Part shown: piece after piece, positions 1 to 14,387 of the stretch
Numbering within the stretch: the first letter of the stretch is position 1
Layout: each line of letters begins with the position of its first letter
Assembly: GCA_002633005.1 (NCBI GenBank)
Contig: NMRA01000142.1
Location: forward strand, 478,860 to 542,859
Origin: Phoronis australis
Taxonomy: Eukaryota; Animalia; Phoronida
Direction: 5' to 3'
Length of the DNA: 64,000 nucleotides
Position numbers and translations under genes: made by a program
Notes under the pieces: model-generated
Databases searched by the model: none
What the model was told of the DNA's origin: nothing
The model's input: the letters and a program-made list of their open reading frames with translations, nothing else

Positions 1-1901
1 GTTCCAAGTGTTCACGTACTTTCCAGTTTATATACAGAGGCATTTCATTGCTCAAACACTCAGTTGTACAACGGTGAAGGAAATGGACAAAATGTAATCC
101 AGATTATGAATATTTGAAATAGCCTGCAAGTATAGACCGTTGTCGAAGGTAGCATTGATGCCGACATCAAGTCCGAAGAAATACGCAGTGAATGGGTTTA
201 GTATTTTGTCAGGCGTTTCGATTACAAAATGGATTATTCACAAAAATGTGGAAAATTTTGCAATTTTTGCTGAGCAGGCTATGTACAAATGTTTATTTTC
301 AAACTGGAAATTGTTTCGTTTTGAATAATTGCTCAACAGACAAGAATGCTAGGTGCATACAAGTTGTAATTCAACACGCTAATGTGTGGTTTAATTAGAA
401 ATAACATACTATCATTGCTTGTAAATTGTATTGGCAATCGTACTGTAATCACGTGCTGCAGAAAACTTTCCACGGAGCAGAATACTAACCTGTTCTGCAA
501 CCAGTAGCAGGGTTCGCTAACCACCACTCATGCCGGTGTATTATTAAACAAATGTATTCGGTGAATTTTGCTCATTGCGCATTAAATACCATGAATTGAC
601 TCAGTTAATTAGATGAATAATTCATGAGCTACACAAAACTCATCCGATAGTCTCATTGGAAGAAGAACTCTAAGATCGAATGGCTCTTTAGAATTTGAAA
701 TGTCAAGGCAACTAAGTGAAAATGTATAGATTCATTGTTCATATATTGATTTTCAAAATGTAAAATTCATGTTGCTAAGAACTAAGTTGACGATTCCTGG
801 ATAGATTCCAATAACAGAGTGGTTTGTGGGGAGCCGATCAATACTTGAGATTGTGGTCTGTCGACGATAAACTAATAGATTTGAATTAACACGTAATCAT
901 TACCAATATACGCCACCAGTTGAAATTTACCCAACTTTCCTCTTTACTTGATTCAACAAAGTACTTCCTTTTTTGGGTTTCGAAAGTGTCATTTTGTAAA
1001 AAATCAATTGAGTACTATGTAATTTTAATCCTCCAGCCATTGAATTGGTGGTGCCGTGTTGGAGCAATCAATGAACGGCATGCATTCGTGAAAAAGGTAA
1101 ACAGACCATTGCATTAATATTTGCATTTAAAGTTGATGCACTATGATCATCTTTCCTATATTTAAACATTTTACGCCGGTTGTCAGGGGAATATCGTGTC
1201 GGTAATGGAGTCTTGGAACAAAAAACTATGCATATTTCATGAGAAATTGTCTCGTATATGAGAAATAACTGAATACACTCCACGTGTCACTTATCGTTCA
1301 ACTGCAGGAATAAAACGCGTTTCACACTTTTGAAACTTCTTACATTTTGGTCAAAGACGGGTAGACTGCATATTATTTGGTAGCTGTTATTTGGAATTCT
1401 GTGAAAAACAAGTTTTTAATTGAGATAGTTGAAACATGAACAACACGAAAAATCTCAAATGGTTTCAAAATCCAAACTTGACTCAAATTGCGAGGTGTGA
1501 TTTCGACTCTTTATCTTGCTGTCCGCTAATGAACAGAAACGGCTAACTCACGATTTTAACTCACTGAGCATGTACTTATGAAAAAAGGATGAAAAGGAAG
1601 TGATGTGGCCAACAGGTGGCGGGCCAGCTAGACTTACCGTAAATGTTTGCAACATATTTCCCGCTCCTTATTGAGAAAAAGGAAGTACCTAGTATCAAAC
1701 ATTTGTGAGTCTTTTATAGCAGAAATAGCTCAAACTTTTCAGACATAGCTTAAATTTTTAAGCATGGATCAAAATTTCCAAGCGTGGTGCAAAACTTGGT
1801 ACAGTACCATAGTTGAACTTAAACAGAACATTATATATTTTCTGTGATGAGAAAATAAATGATAAGAGTTTTGTTATCGCGAAAACCGGGTGATTGCTTA
1901 C

Positions 1902-2087
1902 GTTCACAAGTTGGCTTTTTCGTCCACGTTGGAATGGTGTCGTTCAAAGAACATATTACGACGTCATGTCCGGTCATGTTGTACCCTTTCTCGCAAGTAT
2001 ACTGAATGGTTTCGTTGTACGTTGTAGAAATTGGGGTGGTAACTATGACGGCGTTGGTCACATTGGGTGGGGCGAGGCAATCAACAG
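1902..2087 (-). CDS. Sushi/CCP-domain exon (phase 1-1) of a CCP-repeat extracellular protein
   Basis: tttcag|...|gtaag boundaries, 186 nt. Translates VDCLAPPNVTNA...IQYTCEKGYNMTGHDVVICSLNDTIPTWTKKPTCE, with the four Cys and the Trp typical of CCP domains. Confidence 0.9.
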
Positions 2088-5000
2088 CTGAAAGTCACAA
2101 TGATAATAGCTATTGTAATGATATGTTAGGACGCCGACGATTGTCTGTGTGGCACTGTGAACACACACGAGTAGTGAGAGTAATAAATGTTATCACATTT
2201 AATCATAAAGCACCTTCAAGTATTATGGTTTTAGTTATGCAGTTCCATCACTATACACACAAGACAGGCGGAAGTTGAAACTTATGGTATTCGCATGCGC
2301 GAGACAGCTTCACTCAAAAGAAGTTGAATTACAAACGGTTTTACCATCGAAAGAACGCATTTCGTGGGTTCGGTTTGAAGTTATTAGCTTTAACCTGAGC
2401 TATAAAACAGTAAGTTTGTGGTATTTTTGTGATTTTATTACAAATAACAGATTGCTGATAAAGGCTGACAGGCTAAGCTAACGGAAATCGAGCAGTTGAC
2501 CTCTATCAGCTGTTTTGTTGCTAGGCGCCGTGAAAGCGTACGGACACGGGCAGCCGGCGCCAAAAAGCCAAAGGCTAATCTTCCCATTGTCTGTGAGAAA
2601 TGCGAAAAGCGGAACAAACTGGAGAAGTAACCGTTCTTGAGTTAACACTTGGGAATGAAATCGCTGCGAGCAGAGTTGTACATTTCCAGAATTGCTGAGC
2701 ATTAATTGGTAAACAGCTGAGTGGGTTTGTATTCCGCTCCCGTCTTCCAGAAATAACTTGACATTCATGCTGTTTTATTGAATTTAAGTAGAAATTTATT
2801 ACTGTCTTTGAAGAGCCTATGTGCGTTTGAAGTCTTGCTGAGTCTCATTTTTTAGTGGGCGGCATAAAACTCTATTTACTGAATGGACAGATTCGCTTTG
2901 AAAACCCGATCATGTGATAGTCTGTTACCTGGTGGTGCGTTATCGGACATGAGTGACGTAATTACGGCAAAGTACAGTATCTTTGATTACAGGCTAGGCA
3001 AAATGAGCTCACGAGTACGGCGGAAGTTGAAGGTAACTTGGTTCAACAGCAGGAGTTCACATAAGAAATTCGAAGTAAAGCTCCGGACAACTATTGAAGT
3101 GTTGTCCGAGATAGATTCGTGTAATTCTGTTCATCTCTTAGCCATTTTATGCATGTTTCATTGTCGCCAATTATGTCACTTTATAACCAAGGAAAATTTG
3201 TTTCGCTGCTATGGTAACTATAAGAAATTTCACACATGTTCTTGACTTGCAAATATCTAATCAAAGAACATTTTATAGCGGTAAATTGTTGATGTTTTCT
3301 GGAATTCCATGTAACTGATACATAATTCAACAGACGAGTCGATTGATGATTGACTACTAGAGAAATTCAGTAGTTGTTCATTCCGACGAGTGGATGAACA
3401 GTTGGTTGTATCAATAATTAACGCACGGTTTGCATTATGAACATTGTTTCCTGAAAAAAGCTCTCAGAGGTCTTATTCACAAATATAACGCGAAATCATT
3501 CTAGCAACAAATGTTGTCTTGGTTCGTTAATTATTGTACAAGAAACTCAGCACATGGTCCATCAGAAAGAAAAAAACGAGCATGTGAACCGACCGACAAA
3601 ATGATCAGTTAAAACTTGTACGTTTCAGTGCAGACGCTATCAAAGCTGCAAAGCCAATAGTAGATTCTGACAAAGAATTAGAAGCAATTAGCCACGGTAC
3701 TGTTTGCAACCTGTGACGTCACATCAAATTTACCGGAAGTTTCATTTTAGTCTATTTACCGGAAGTCGCATTTCTGTAAGTCCACGTATTCATTAAGTTG
3801 TTATTTGTACAAAATTCAGCTGTGACAATATGATTACCGCTCCGGAAATTGCCGGCAGTTAACGATTAGCGGGTTTTACAACGACTAATGCTAGAATGGC
3901 TGAATAGACACCAATGTACAAATGCAACTAGCCTTCTATTTTCTTGCAGATTTCTTTACCGTGAGGAAAGGGCTATTTACAAACATGAAAACCACCATGA
4001 AGGGCTTTCCTTAAACGAGTGGCGAATCTCGTATGTTGATAAACGGTCGAAATCAAAATTAGACATCCGGTTTTTGTCGACTTAGAAACTTTATTTCAAA
4101 AAGTAAAAATGAGCATTCTCATTTTTTAAGTGAGAATGACGTGGGCCGTGGTCAGATTCCATTTGTTTTTGTCGGATGGTGGACATTATATCTGTCATCC
4201 AAGTGAATAACTAAATGTGAAAACTATAAATCATGAAACCTCAGGAAAGTTACTGATTGAAATATTTTCCCATGCTGCTGAGTCGTCTAGCGCCTTCTCC
4301 TGAGGGTTGATGACTGACCAGTTTCCGCAAAAAAATGCGTCGCCTTCTACCGGTGAATTTCCCCGGGAAAATGTTTCATTAAGTTTTCAGAAGTTTTGTT
4401 ATCTTAAATTCCCCATACATGTGTTATTGGCTTTTATGCAGACAAACTGAAATGTTATACTATTTTTATATTGACATTTTACAGTTTAAAGGGACACAGT
4501 CGGCCTATTGGCTAAAAGCGTTTTTATGGATTGTCATGGTTGGGTATGGAATACTTCTCAGCTCAAGTTTTAACCAAAGCTATTGGCAAAGCACCAAAAT
4601 CCATTGTGTTTTTTGTGATTTTATTGCATTTAGTCTTTCTAAGCCGGCCGGCGACCTTATTGGTTACGGCCGCACTTGGCTACTTGCTGAACTGGTGTTT
4701 AGGTCGTCGGACTGCGACCGCTGACTATTGTAGATCTTAGAGTAAGCTTCTCCTGGGACTGACGGAGCTGAAGTACACGCCATTGCCGCCGATAACGTCC
4801 CTTAAAACTGTCCAAAATGTATCATGGAACGTGGACGGCATTCAATTTGGCACTGTGAATTTTTTTTCTTTTTTGTTCATTTTCAAGTTTTGTATGGTAT
4901 GGTCGTGTCATAGGAGAAATGTTCGAAGGATGTAAACTCCTTCAATGTATAAATTTCAGGCTGTTGTGCAAGAAGGGCACATCAGACAGTCAGTCGGGTT

Positions 5001-5298
5001 CCTCGCTGTCCACAGCGACACCCAGTGGCCAACAAGAAATTAGACATGACACTTGCAGATAAACAGTAGGCATTTTATGTATTTGTTCTGTAAAAATAGT
5101 TGGTCCAAGGACGTCAGAAAGCGTTTACAATGTAAAACACTTCGTGTCTATTTGAGAAATAATTTTTCAATTCTAAGCACACGTAATCTGCGTTTCTCCT
5201 TAATTCATTCAGCCTCGATCGGGCTAGACTATTACACGTAGATATAAAATGTACTATCTATACATTTATTTGCCATGATTTTAGCTGCCTGAACTTAC

Positions 5299-5475
5299 GC
5301 TGGCAACTTATGACGTCATCCGTCCAATTGCCACTGCTCTCACAGAACAGAGTGCCATTTCCAACTAGTCGGTGACCGGCCTCCGAACATGTGTACGTCA
5401 CGTTTGCTCCGAACGTTGTGTTCGTGTAGGCTTTCGTTGTGCCATTGATTTGCGGAGGTTCATAACAGTCGACAG
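5299..5475 (-). CDS. Sushi/CCP-domain exon (phase 1-1), same gene
   Basis: tttcag|...|gtaag, 177 nt. VDCYEPPQINGTTKAYTNTTFGANVTYTCSEAGHRLVGNGTLFCESSGNWTDDVISCQ. Confidence 0.9.
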
Positions 5476-5837
5476 CTGAAAAACACACATCTGATATTCA
5501 CTGGCTGATCTTAACTTCAGATTTTCAGCAATGAAATCAACAAAAGTGTTTATAGATTTAAAAAGTTTAGAAAGACAAGACAGGATGGAGTAGAAGAAAG
5601 ATCAAACATCTCTCGCCCACGTGTCCAAACACACACTTCACATCAAACATTTCGCATCAACAAACAGATTCGCACAACGATGCACAAACTATCATTCAAA
5701 TCACACAAACGAGCGGTGATGCGACGCCGGTGATTTCCCTGAAAAATACAAACAATACAACTTGGCATTAACACAAGAGCCGACAGCGAAGATACGAATA
5801 ATGAGTAAATTTCTAAAATAAATTAAAAAGTTCTTAC

Positions 5838-5853
5838 CTGTCACCACAACTGT
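5838..5853 (-). CDS. Candidate 16-nt microexon of the CCP gene
   Basis: tttag|ACAGTTGTGGTGACAG|gtaaga. Phase 0->1 would join the 7202 donor to the 5475 CCP exon in frame. Confidence 0.35.
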
Positions 5854-7201
5854 CTAAATTTTTACCTATTCCTAAATTTAATCTTCATTGAAAGATCTCT
5901 CGTGTTCCTGTAATGTTCGACCGAGTGAAGCTGCATCCGTTTCGATCGGCATTGACGTTGACGACGACGTATTTGTTGGCTTCGACCGCCGTAAAGCTGT
6001 AAGATGTCTATGGCTGCATCCGTTTTGGTCGGCATTGACGATGACGAAGGACGACGTATTTGCTGGCAACGCCATGTCTGAAAACAAACGTAGCTTCGTA
6101 ATCATTTTCAAGAGTTGTTGCTGCACTACAGTTTTGGACTCACAGAAGATCTTAAGTGCGTCCCAGCCACTGCTGTTTTCGGAAACAAGCAATGGTCAAA
6201 TTTTTATAGTTATTGAAAAAAGTAGTATTATTTTTATGTATGAATTTTTTCTTGGCGTTGTCTCACGTGCTCACAGTGCATTCCGTTAATTCTACTTTTG
6301 TTCAAAATTTAATAATATTATGTGATGTGCAAAGCTAAAATCGAACATTCATTATATGCCCAAAATATGATGTTGGTGATTCTAACTTCAAATACCAATT
6401 TTTAATTCAAACCTATTCTTAATTCGCTTCCGCATTTGCTGTTTTTCGATTGAAAGTTTTAAAATCCGATATTTAATTAATGCCGCTTATCAATCACGGC
6501 ACATTCCAATAATTCGTGAAGTCTGAGAACCAAAAAATTGAAAATTAAATTTTGAGCGAACCCCGAAATTTCAATCTAAGTTTGCACATTGCGAATAAAA
6601 TTTTGAACAAAAATAGGGGTTTTGGTTCAACTTTTGTTTTGCATATTGAAAATCGCATTAGTAGACGGTGCAAACAACTGTCTTGATTTCTGTAAGAGTT
6701 ACTTTGTAACTTTGGTTCAATAGTTCGAAATGGCGCCTCCGCCACAGTACATTGAATTGTGAATAATCGAAAACTGGTCATTTTGTCATCCGTTGTACCG
6801 GCGTGAAGAGGTATGTTAATTTACCTAAAGTAGTTGGCCTGTGCAAAAATGGTCAACGGTTTAGCATTTTTGAACCAATGTTCTCAGCAAGGAAAAAACA
6901 CCACATTTTGGCAATAAGATAATAAGAAATTAATCCTAAGATAAAAGTAAACTATTTTGGTTGTGAACTTGTTTGACGGCCATTTCTTTCCATCCCTTAT
7001 TTGGTGTAAGAGTTAAAACAATTTTCATGGTTTAAGTTATTAAAAATGAATTGCAGAACATGACTGCCTTCAAAATGAAGTTCATCGATCAGGAATTGGT
7101 AAAATGTCGTAAATGCAGCAGTCTTGTTTTCAACATGCATATTTTTGAGCGACAGAAGGTTCGAGGAATTTTAAAATTCTTCACATGGAAATTACTCTTA
7201 C

Positions 7202-7255
7202 CTTCGACAACCGCGCCAAACCACTGTCTGCAAAATTACGATCCGCTTGTGCCAT
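7202..7255 (-). CDS. Candidate first coding segment of the CCP gene (MAQADRNFADSGLARLSK)
   Basis: ATG in taaATGg context and a strong AAG|gtaaga donor. Acceptor ttctag near 7365 and a further strong donor CAAG|gtaagt at 11161 may mark UTR exons. No signal peptide is evident. Confidence 0.3.
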
Positions 7256-8176
7256 TTATAGACCGAACGATCGGTCTGACGATCGTCACCCAATCAGATT
7301 TGTCTGTGAACATCACGTGGGTACCCACGCCTCTGCGACTTGCGCAAATACGGATACACCTGTCCTAGAAATTACGAAGTCAACAGAATTTCTATAGATG
7401 TGATATAAAATATTGAACATAAGAGCTGGCCGTTTTCAATAGGACGCATTAGCGTGATGTCTTCATTTGTATTAAAATTTCTACCACGAATCGATAATGC
7501 ATAACCTTTTACAATTCAAAACTGATGAATCAATTTATTTGCTCGACTTGGTTCTAAATTGCGTACTTGCCGTAGACGTTTTCCATTACAATCAAGCAAT
7601 TTCACGCAGCTGAATAACTCACTATCACTTATTGTACTCAATTTACATTGATGCAATTAGCTAAAAGTATTGGATACGAAAGTCAAATCAAATTTTCATA
7701 CGCACAATACAATGGGAATGCTAAATAATAAACAAGCCGAGCGCAAACACACTCATTTCCTTTATGTGAATTGATGAACAACGGAGCCAAAGCGTCGCAT
7801 TGGAAGTTTTTTTCTGTTTTAGTTGTTTCACGCCGCTATGGATAAATTAGTAGATTTGGGAATATTTGCAAACAATTCACGACATTAAAATGTCATCAGC
7901 AGTTACACTGCCAAGGCAATTTAGGACCCAATAAAAATGGTCAAATTTGGCTAACTTCGGAACATCATCAGTGGCGGATTTAGAGGGGGGCGAAGGGGAC
8001 CATGGTCCCTCTAAAATTCTTCCAGATTCCACTTGGCAGTTTGGGGGTGCGAATGTCTGACGGGCAAAATCCTGGCTAATACTCTGCCCTGCCACCCCAA
8101 CTCAAAATTCTGGATCCACCCTTGATCATATCTCAAAATGGCTGATTGGACTCTTAGGAACCTTTCATATAACATG

Positions 8177-8342
8177 CTTTATACCACAATATTAGCGTCA
8201 AATGGCAGATACAACAGTGTAATAACCCATAAAGGTATCTCACTAGTGAGATAACGTTTTGGCGGGAAACCGAGTACGGAGTCGAACCCGGGACCCTGGA
8301 ATTGCTGGTCGCCGACTTTACCATTAGACCATGCAGCGACTG
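8177..8342 (-). mobile_element. tRNA-derived SINE or tRNA pseudogene
   Basis: A-box TGGTCTAATGG and B-box GGTTCGACTCC at tRNA-like spacing, but the acceptor and anticodon stems do not pair. Confidence 0.6.
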
Positions 8343-8880
8343 ACGTCATCAAGAGTGAAAGTAGAATACTTAAATGAGCACGCGCAATAATCGCACGTTC
8401 AACAAACCGCATTGTACTGTACTTATACGCTCCGAAAAATAAGACACATAATTTCCATAAAAATGATATCTTAATTCAGTGAAATTTTTCTCTCATGTCC
8501 TCTTACTTGTAAATCACCGATCTCCAGTTTGAATGCGGGTATCGTGTCATCAGGATCTTTGACTTGAGAATTATATTCAGTTACCAGTGGTAACCTACTT
8601 TAGCAGACGATAATTTCCTGGTCGAAGCTTAGCGTGTAAAAAACGTGTTTTAAGCTATAATAGTTGCTTAACCTTAATTTAGAGATTCACTTCATTTCTA
8701 TTTTATTTAAATTTCCAATTGGTTTTGGGTATAAGTATTATTTGACAAAAATAGCTCGGCTTTTCTTAAAAGGTCACGACCTCCGACCCCGGGCCTCTGA
8801 CATAGAAAGTAGTTACAAAGCCGAGGCGAGTCGAGAAAGCTAGATCGATTCATTGCAATGTTTCTCGTTTAGTATGTGGT

Positions 8881-9055
8881 ATAAATAGATTATTACATGT
8901 TCTCAGTCGTTATCCCCCGTTATCTAGAGCCCTCGTGGATTTTGTAGAATTATCACCCTCGGGGCTAACGCCCCTCGGGCGATAATTCTCCAAAATCCCC
9001 TCGGGCTCTAGATAACGGGGGATAACGACTTCGCCATGTAATAATCTATATTTAT
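8881..9055. mobile_element. Palindromic MITE-like hairpin
   Basis: Inverted arms ataaatagattattacatg / catgtaataatctatatttat and gttatcccccgttatctagagccc / gggctctagataacgggggataac. Confidence 0.7.
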
Positions 9056-12000
9056 GCTCTGTTTTCAAAAAGCGCTGTAAGGAATCGATTATAAAACTTG
9101 ACACTTTTTCACGAGAAACTATTAAAATATGGCTTTTGCGATTTTCATTGTAAATCTTTTAAGTTGCATAAAACGAAAACGAAATGATAATTTAGAGAAC
9201 TGTAACGACGTGTTTCATATCCCACCTTGAACATTTACATCAAATAAAATTTGATAATTTTATTGATACCGTAGTTTTGTTATCAATGAACGTTTTTTTG
9301 TTGAAGCAATGGTTACGTGACCTCATTTATTTAATAACAGATTGATATAAAGTAAAAAATTCAAATTACTACTTTCAGAAAATATCTACTTTTACTGAAT
9401 TAAAATCTAAAGTTTTCAAGAATTTTTTTCAAGTGCACAGTTGTAGATAAGGCGTTAAGTCCCTGTATAATCACAATTTCCAAAATTTCTCTTTGAATTC
9501 AGGTACATGTACGTATTGGCTAAAAATTGAAGTCGTATTCACAGCGAAGGTAACGACGCAGGAAGCACAACTTAAATCGATTTTTCTTAAACCCAGTCCG
9601 GCCATGCGATATCTTGTGCAAATATTTTGCGTGCATTACAAGGCTTTGTACACCGGCAAACTTTCTGTCGTATACATATTGACTTATTTAGTGAAGTTAA
9701 TTAAACGAGACGGTGTGATAAACTGCAGTAGTAAGTTCTTCACGGAGCGAAATTTAAAGTGTCTCCGTACAATTTTGATCCGGCGCTGGTGAGTTGGCTA
9801 CTACTACTTAGTAGAAAATATTGTGCGGCATACTCTAGAAAAAATTACAGTTGTTTGGATGACATGAGAACTCACGTAATCGCTTCATATCAAGTGAGCT
9901 CTGTCTCGATCTTACTTCGAAGGGGACAGCTGCAAAATTAGGATACCCACCCATTTAGAGAGCGGACTCGAAGAAGAAGCACTCATTTGTAGGGAGGGAG
10001 CTTCAGTGAAAAAAATCACCCTTGTGTAGGGGTTGGAATTAACATTAATTTTTCACAGACCTTTATTAGCTTTCGGTACAGATTTTTTTACAGCTGCAAT
10101 TACCATTTCCTTCGATTCTTACTTACAACAAATCATGAAGCATACGAACAAATTGGTCTCCAATTTTTCATTGCTATGTTGCACATCACTGGGAATTGAT
10201 TTTCATAAAGGGAACTGAAAGGACAGGAAGCAGACCGTTGTGAAGCATTTGCCTTTCATACACTCATTTTTATTTGCCAATGTCCCGAATGACCAGCTTG
10301 GTGAAAAGCTGGAACATCAGTCTGTATAATTGATTTTCCTGGTTTAGACCTAGTGACTAAGAATAATTCCACTTTTGAAGAACATCAATGGAGTTCAACA
10401 TGTGTATACCTTATGCATCTGTTATTGTATGCATAAACATCATGTGGGCCATGATAACGGAATCAGTACTGAAATGTCAGTCGATGGCAAACTAAGCTTT
10501 CTACCAATTCGATCATACCATTTTAATTTTGAATCCCTTAAGGATTCTGAAACACCCAGTTGATAAAAAACCATGGAGTAGTTCGGTGATCTTCACGGCC
10601 ATCGGAAATGACGGATTTTTTTAAATAACGGTTGTCTTGGGAAAATTTGACTTTTAAAAAAGTACACTTCCGACGTGTCTACTTTTCGCAGAATTTCAAT
10701 CATAATTCATAGCCCATTGAACCAGTGCCGTATGTATTAAGCTAAATAATCTACAATTTAAAGACCCCCTCACCTAACGGGCCCCTCGGGGGGACACTCT
10801 ACTGTGCACCTCGAAAGCCTTACATCGCTCGGAAATGGGGATAAAAACACGTGGCAACGACTAACGGAGTGGGTAATCTCGGAGAAACTCCGTGTATGCA
10901 TGTGAGTTCGCGTGTGGAAAGTGAGTGCTATACTTACACAACTTTCACCAATTGAAAAATCCTGTACGCTGAGAACTGAAAATCTGATTAAAGGTAGTAC
11001 ACAACACTGCATCGGTATGTTACACACGTTTCCCCTCCAACACCCGTGTGTTTGTCTACCGTAGACAAACATTCAGAGTGTGACTCCGTCATTCAGTAGG
11101 CTCATTTCCTTTACTTTACGAAAACTGCACTAATTACCGTACCAAACACCCTTAACTTACCTTGGTCCCAAGATGCTCTCATACACTAGATATCATCTTC
11201 GCAACAGCTGGTAAAATCAAAAGCATCGTTATTGTCGACTTCAGTGAAATCCGGGTGTCTCTTAGCGCGACCCTTTTGTCTCTTATGAGTATACAACGGC
11301 ATTAGTCGTCAACGCATGAAATATTCATTTGCATGCCGTCACGTGCTAACAACAGCAACAACAACTGGACGAGGGTCAATCCGGACAACTCAGTAAGCCG
11401 GAATAAGACCTTGTTACACTCAAAAAGTTTTCGCAAAACGAAACTGACTCCACAAGAATGTTATTGTTCTTGCATGCTTTGCTCCAGCTGTCCGATACTG
11501 ACGTTGAGACCGCAGCTCTTAAATGTGCATTAAATGAAAAAGGAAATTTGGAAAACGTTTTAAATAAAGAGTCCTCCTTGAATATCCATGGGAAATGAAA
11601 TTTGGCCATGCTGATAATACTTTACTTTTTCCGAAACATTGTTTTGTTTTGCTAAATTTTAGAAAAAGAAAACATGGTCAACATAAAACAGATTTGTATT
11701 AAGTAGAAAATTGGATTCTATAATATTCTACTTTCAGAAAATATATACTTTTTATGAGTATATTTATGGAATTTTGTAGATAATTTTACTAAAAGCACAT
11801 GCTTAGTGGTGATGGTTATTCATTAGAAATTACCAAAGTAGTATGTACTAAGTTAATAAGTGTTCGATCATAGTTGCGAATGACCTCGTGACGAGAAGTC
11901 CCGTTTACACTACAAAAGTTGACACGGATCAGCTGACACGGAACGAGATGATGGGGTACAGGTATAATGTGTAAACGGAAATGCCACGGAGCAAATTGAC

Positions 12001-12886
12001 ACCACGGTGACAACTCTAAAGTTGCTCCCGACCATCTTGCTGTGTGTCAATGCCTATGACAAACTGCATGGAATGGATCATCTCTATTGCTCATGCACAA
12101 AAGCGCACTTGTATATCCAGGTCATCAATTTGCTATTCAGTGCCTTGTCTTTTAACTCTACCCTGACGAAAGCGTTAAAAGGTCTGATCAAAAATGTCAT
12201 TGAAGCAAAGATCATGCAATAGGCCTATGTCACAAATTACTTACACTTGGGGAAATTAGAATCCGTAACAACAACAACTTGAAGGTCATTATTCATTCTG
12301 CTCAGCTTGACAATATCATAGGTCATACACGGTCCATCAGTTATATTGCGAATCAGTAGAGGCCGAGGGTTATTGATTAACTTGAGGCAATAAAGTGTGC
12401 GCTAAATTTGAATTCCACCGGCAAGCTTTGCTGCAGCCTGACCATAGGCGGATCCAAGGGGGGAGTCAAAGAGGGTTAGGACCCCCTTTTCTCTTCATTT
12501 TAGTGATTTCAAATCTAGAATTTTCAAATTGTTGACTTGTACCCCACTTTTTACTTGACTCCGACCCCCCTTTACTGAAAATCGTGGATCCGCTCCGGCC
12601 ATGATGTTAACAAAGATTGTTTACGGAACTTTATTTCAAATTTAATTAACAGTAATGAATGCCCATTAATCCCTCTAGAGTTAAAACCGATGTAAAACGC
12701 TAATTCCGACGCTAACTCATTAAAAAAATTTATGGCATCGGCTTTCGGAACCGACCACTTGGAGGTATGTAGTTCTCACTTATGTGCTTTACAGGCCGCC
12801 AATAGGTGTCAGTAAACCTCACTCTCGCAACCGGAAACGCTAACTTACAATTACATGTGGACAACTGAAACTTGAAGTTCCTCGCG

Positions 12887-13004
12887 ATGATTCGTATGCA
12901 ACCAAAAGATGGCAAAGAGGCCGAGTTGGAGAAGGAAATGGCACGTAGAAGTACCAAACAGAACATGTTAGCTTTTGCCGTCGTCGTGGCCATCATACGA
13001 GCAG
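12887..13004 (+). CDS. TOMM5: Mitochondrial import receptor subunit TOM5-like, exon 1
   Basis: MIRMQPKDGKEAELEKEMARRSTKQNMLAFAVVVAIIRA then G|gtaaac (phase 1). Charged N-terminus followed by a hydrophobic stretch. Confidence 0.8.
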
Positions 13005-13054
13005 GTAAACCAATCTACTTCAGTGTTTCCCGAAGTAAGGTATGACAGTTATGA

Positions 13055-13233
13055 GTCACAGGCGTCCTCAGCTGATCGTCCGCAATGCACTACATTTACA
13101 TACAAATACTACAAGGGATGACACTCGTGACTAGAAATTCCACGTGTTCTTCGATTCAGCCGTCCATATCAAACACATAACTCAATAAATTTACACAAAA
13201 CAGGGGTTCAACAAACCATGAGAAATTGTTCTT
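13055..13233 (+). repeat. Dispersed repeat family copy; others at about 14077-14370, 16361-16445, 16520-16830, 17790-17850 and 30350-30555
   Basis: Shared core cagccgtccatatcaaacacataactcaataaattt and gacaccgtgaat motifs, present in both orientations. Confidence 0.75.
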
Positions 13234-13598
13234 GCTTATATAGTCCGATTACCTCTCGTCGTCAGTCTCCAAAGGTCGTCCGCCATCTTGTTTCGCGTGC
13301 AGCGCTGCCACGCGGGACTTAGCGTTCCAATTTGGAACGCTCGTCTGCACGTTAGGTACTAACCTCTCGGGAGAAACACGCGTGGAAGAACTGAGACTAA
13401 AATTAATGCATTTACCGACTGTTTTTTTGAGACCACTTAAAAACTTGTTGATTTTACTAATGCACTTTTTTGTTCATTTTCAGAAGATATTTTCGAAATT
13501 AAATTTTCTTCAGACGGAACAAAAAGCAACCCAGGGATTGTTTATGTAATGTATCTATTTGTCCCAGGCACTAACCGACATCTGTTAGGCCAAAGGAA

Positions 13599-14071
13599 NN
13601 NNNNNNNNNNNNNNNNNNNNNNNNNNNNNNNNNNNNNNNNNNNNNNNNNNNNNNNNNNNNNNNNNNNNNNNNNNNNNNNNNNNNNNNNNNNNNNNNNNNN
13701 NNNNNNNNNNNNNNNNNNNNNNNNNNNNNNNNNNNNNNNNNNNNNNNNNNNNNNNNNNNNNNNNNNNNNNNNNNNNNNNNNNNNNNNNNNNNNNNNNNNN
13801 NNNNNNNNNNNNNNNNNNNNNNNNNNNNNNNNNNNNNNNNNNNNNNNNNNNNNNNNNNNNNNNNNNNNNNNNNNNNNNNNNNNNNNNNNNNNNNNNNNNN
13901 NNNNNNNNNNNNNNNNNNNNNNNNNNNNNNNNNNNNNNNNNNNNNNNNNNNNNNNNNNNNNNNNNNNNNNNNNNNNNNNNNNNNNNNNNNNNNNNNNNNN
14001 NNNNNNNNNNNNNNNNNNNNNNNNNNNNNNNNNNNNNNNNNNNNNNNNNNNNNNNNNNNNNNNNNNNNNNN
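13599..14071. other. Assembly gap
   Basis: Run of N. Confidence 1.
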
Positions 14072-14387
14072 ACCGTCCTTGACCTCGACGGGCCTAGGGG
14101 AAACGTGTGCGGGGGCTTTTTGTGAATATTTTTGTTCTTTGACTGCGAATTTCTTACGAAGTCGCCGTAACAGGACACCGTGAATGGTATTGGGAGAAAG
14201 AACAATTATTCATGGTTTGTCGAACCCCTGTTTTGTGCAAATTTATTGAATTTTATGTTTGCTATGGACGGCTGAAGTGAAGCACCCGTGGAATTTCAAG
14301 TCCGAAGTGTCATACCTTGTAGTATTTATATGTAGTGTATTGGGACGGTCAGAAGCTGAGGACGCCTGTGATAATACCATTCACGGT

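Noticed and set aside
5878-6289. 104-aa and 133-aa overlapping ORFs
   Set aside because: No recognisable motif, an internal short duplication, and no splice sites fitting the CCP gene; probably repeat-derived
7202-7364. In-frame TGA as possible selenocysteine in the candidate exon
   Set aside because: No selenoprotein-like motif and no SECIS seen; simpler to read as UTR or uORF
8269-8340. Functional tRNA gene
   Set aside because: A and B boxes are present but the cloverleaf stems do not pair
13549-14205. 177-aa and 206-aa ORFs
   Set aside because: Artefacts of translating through the N-gap; the same applies to 50795-51345
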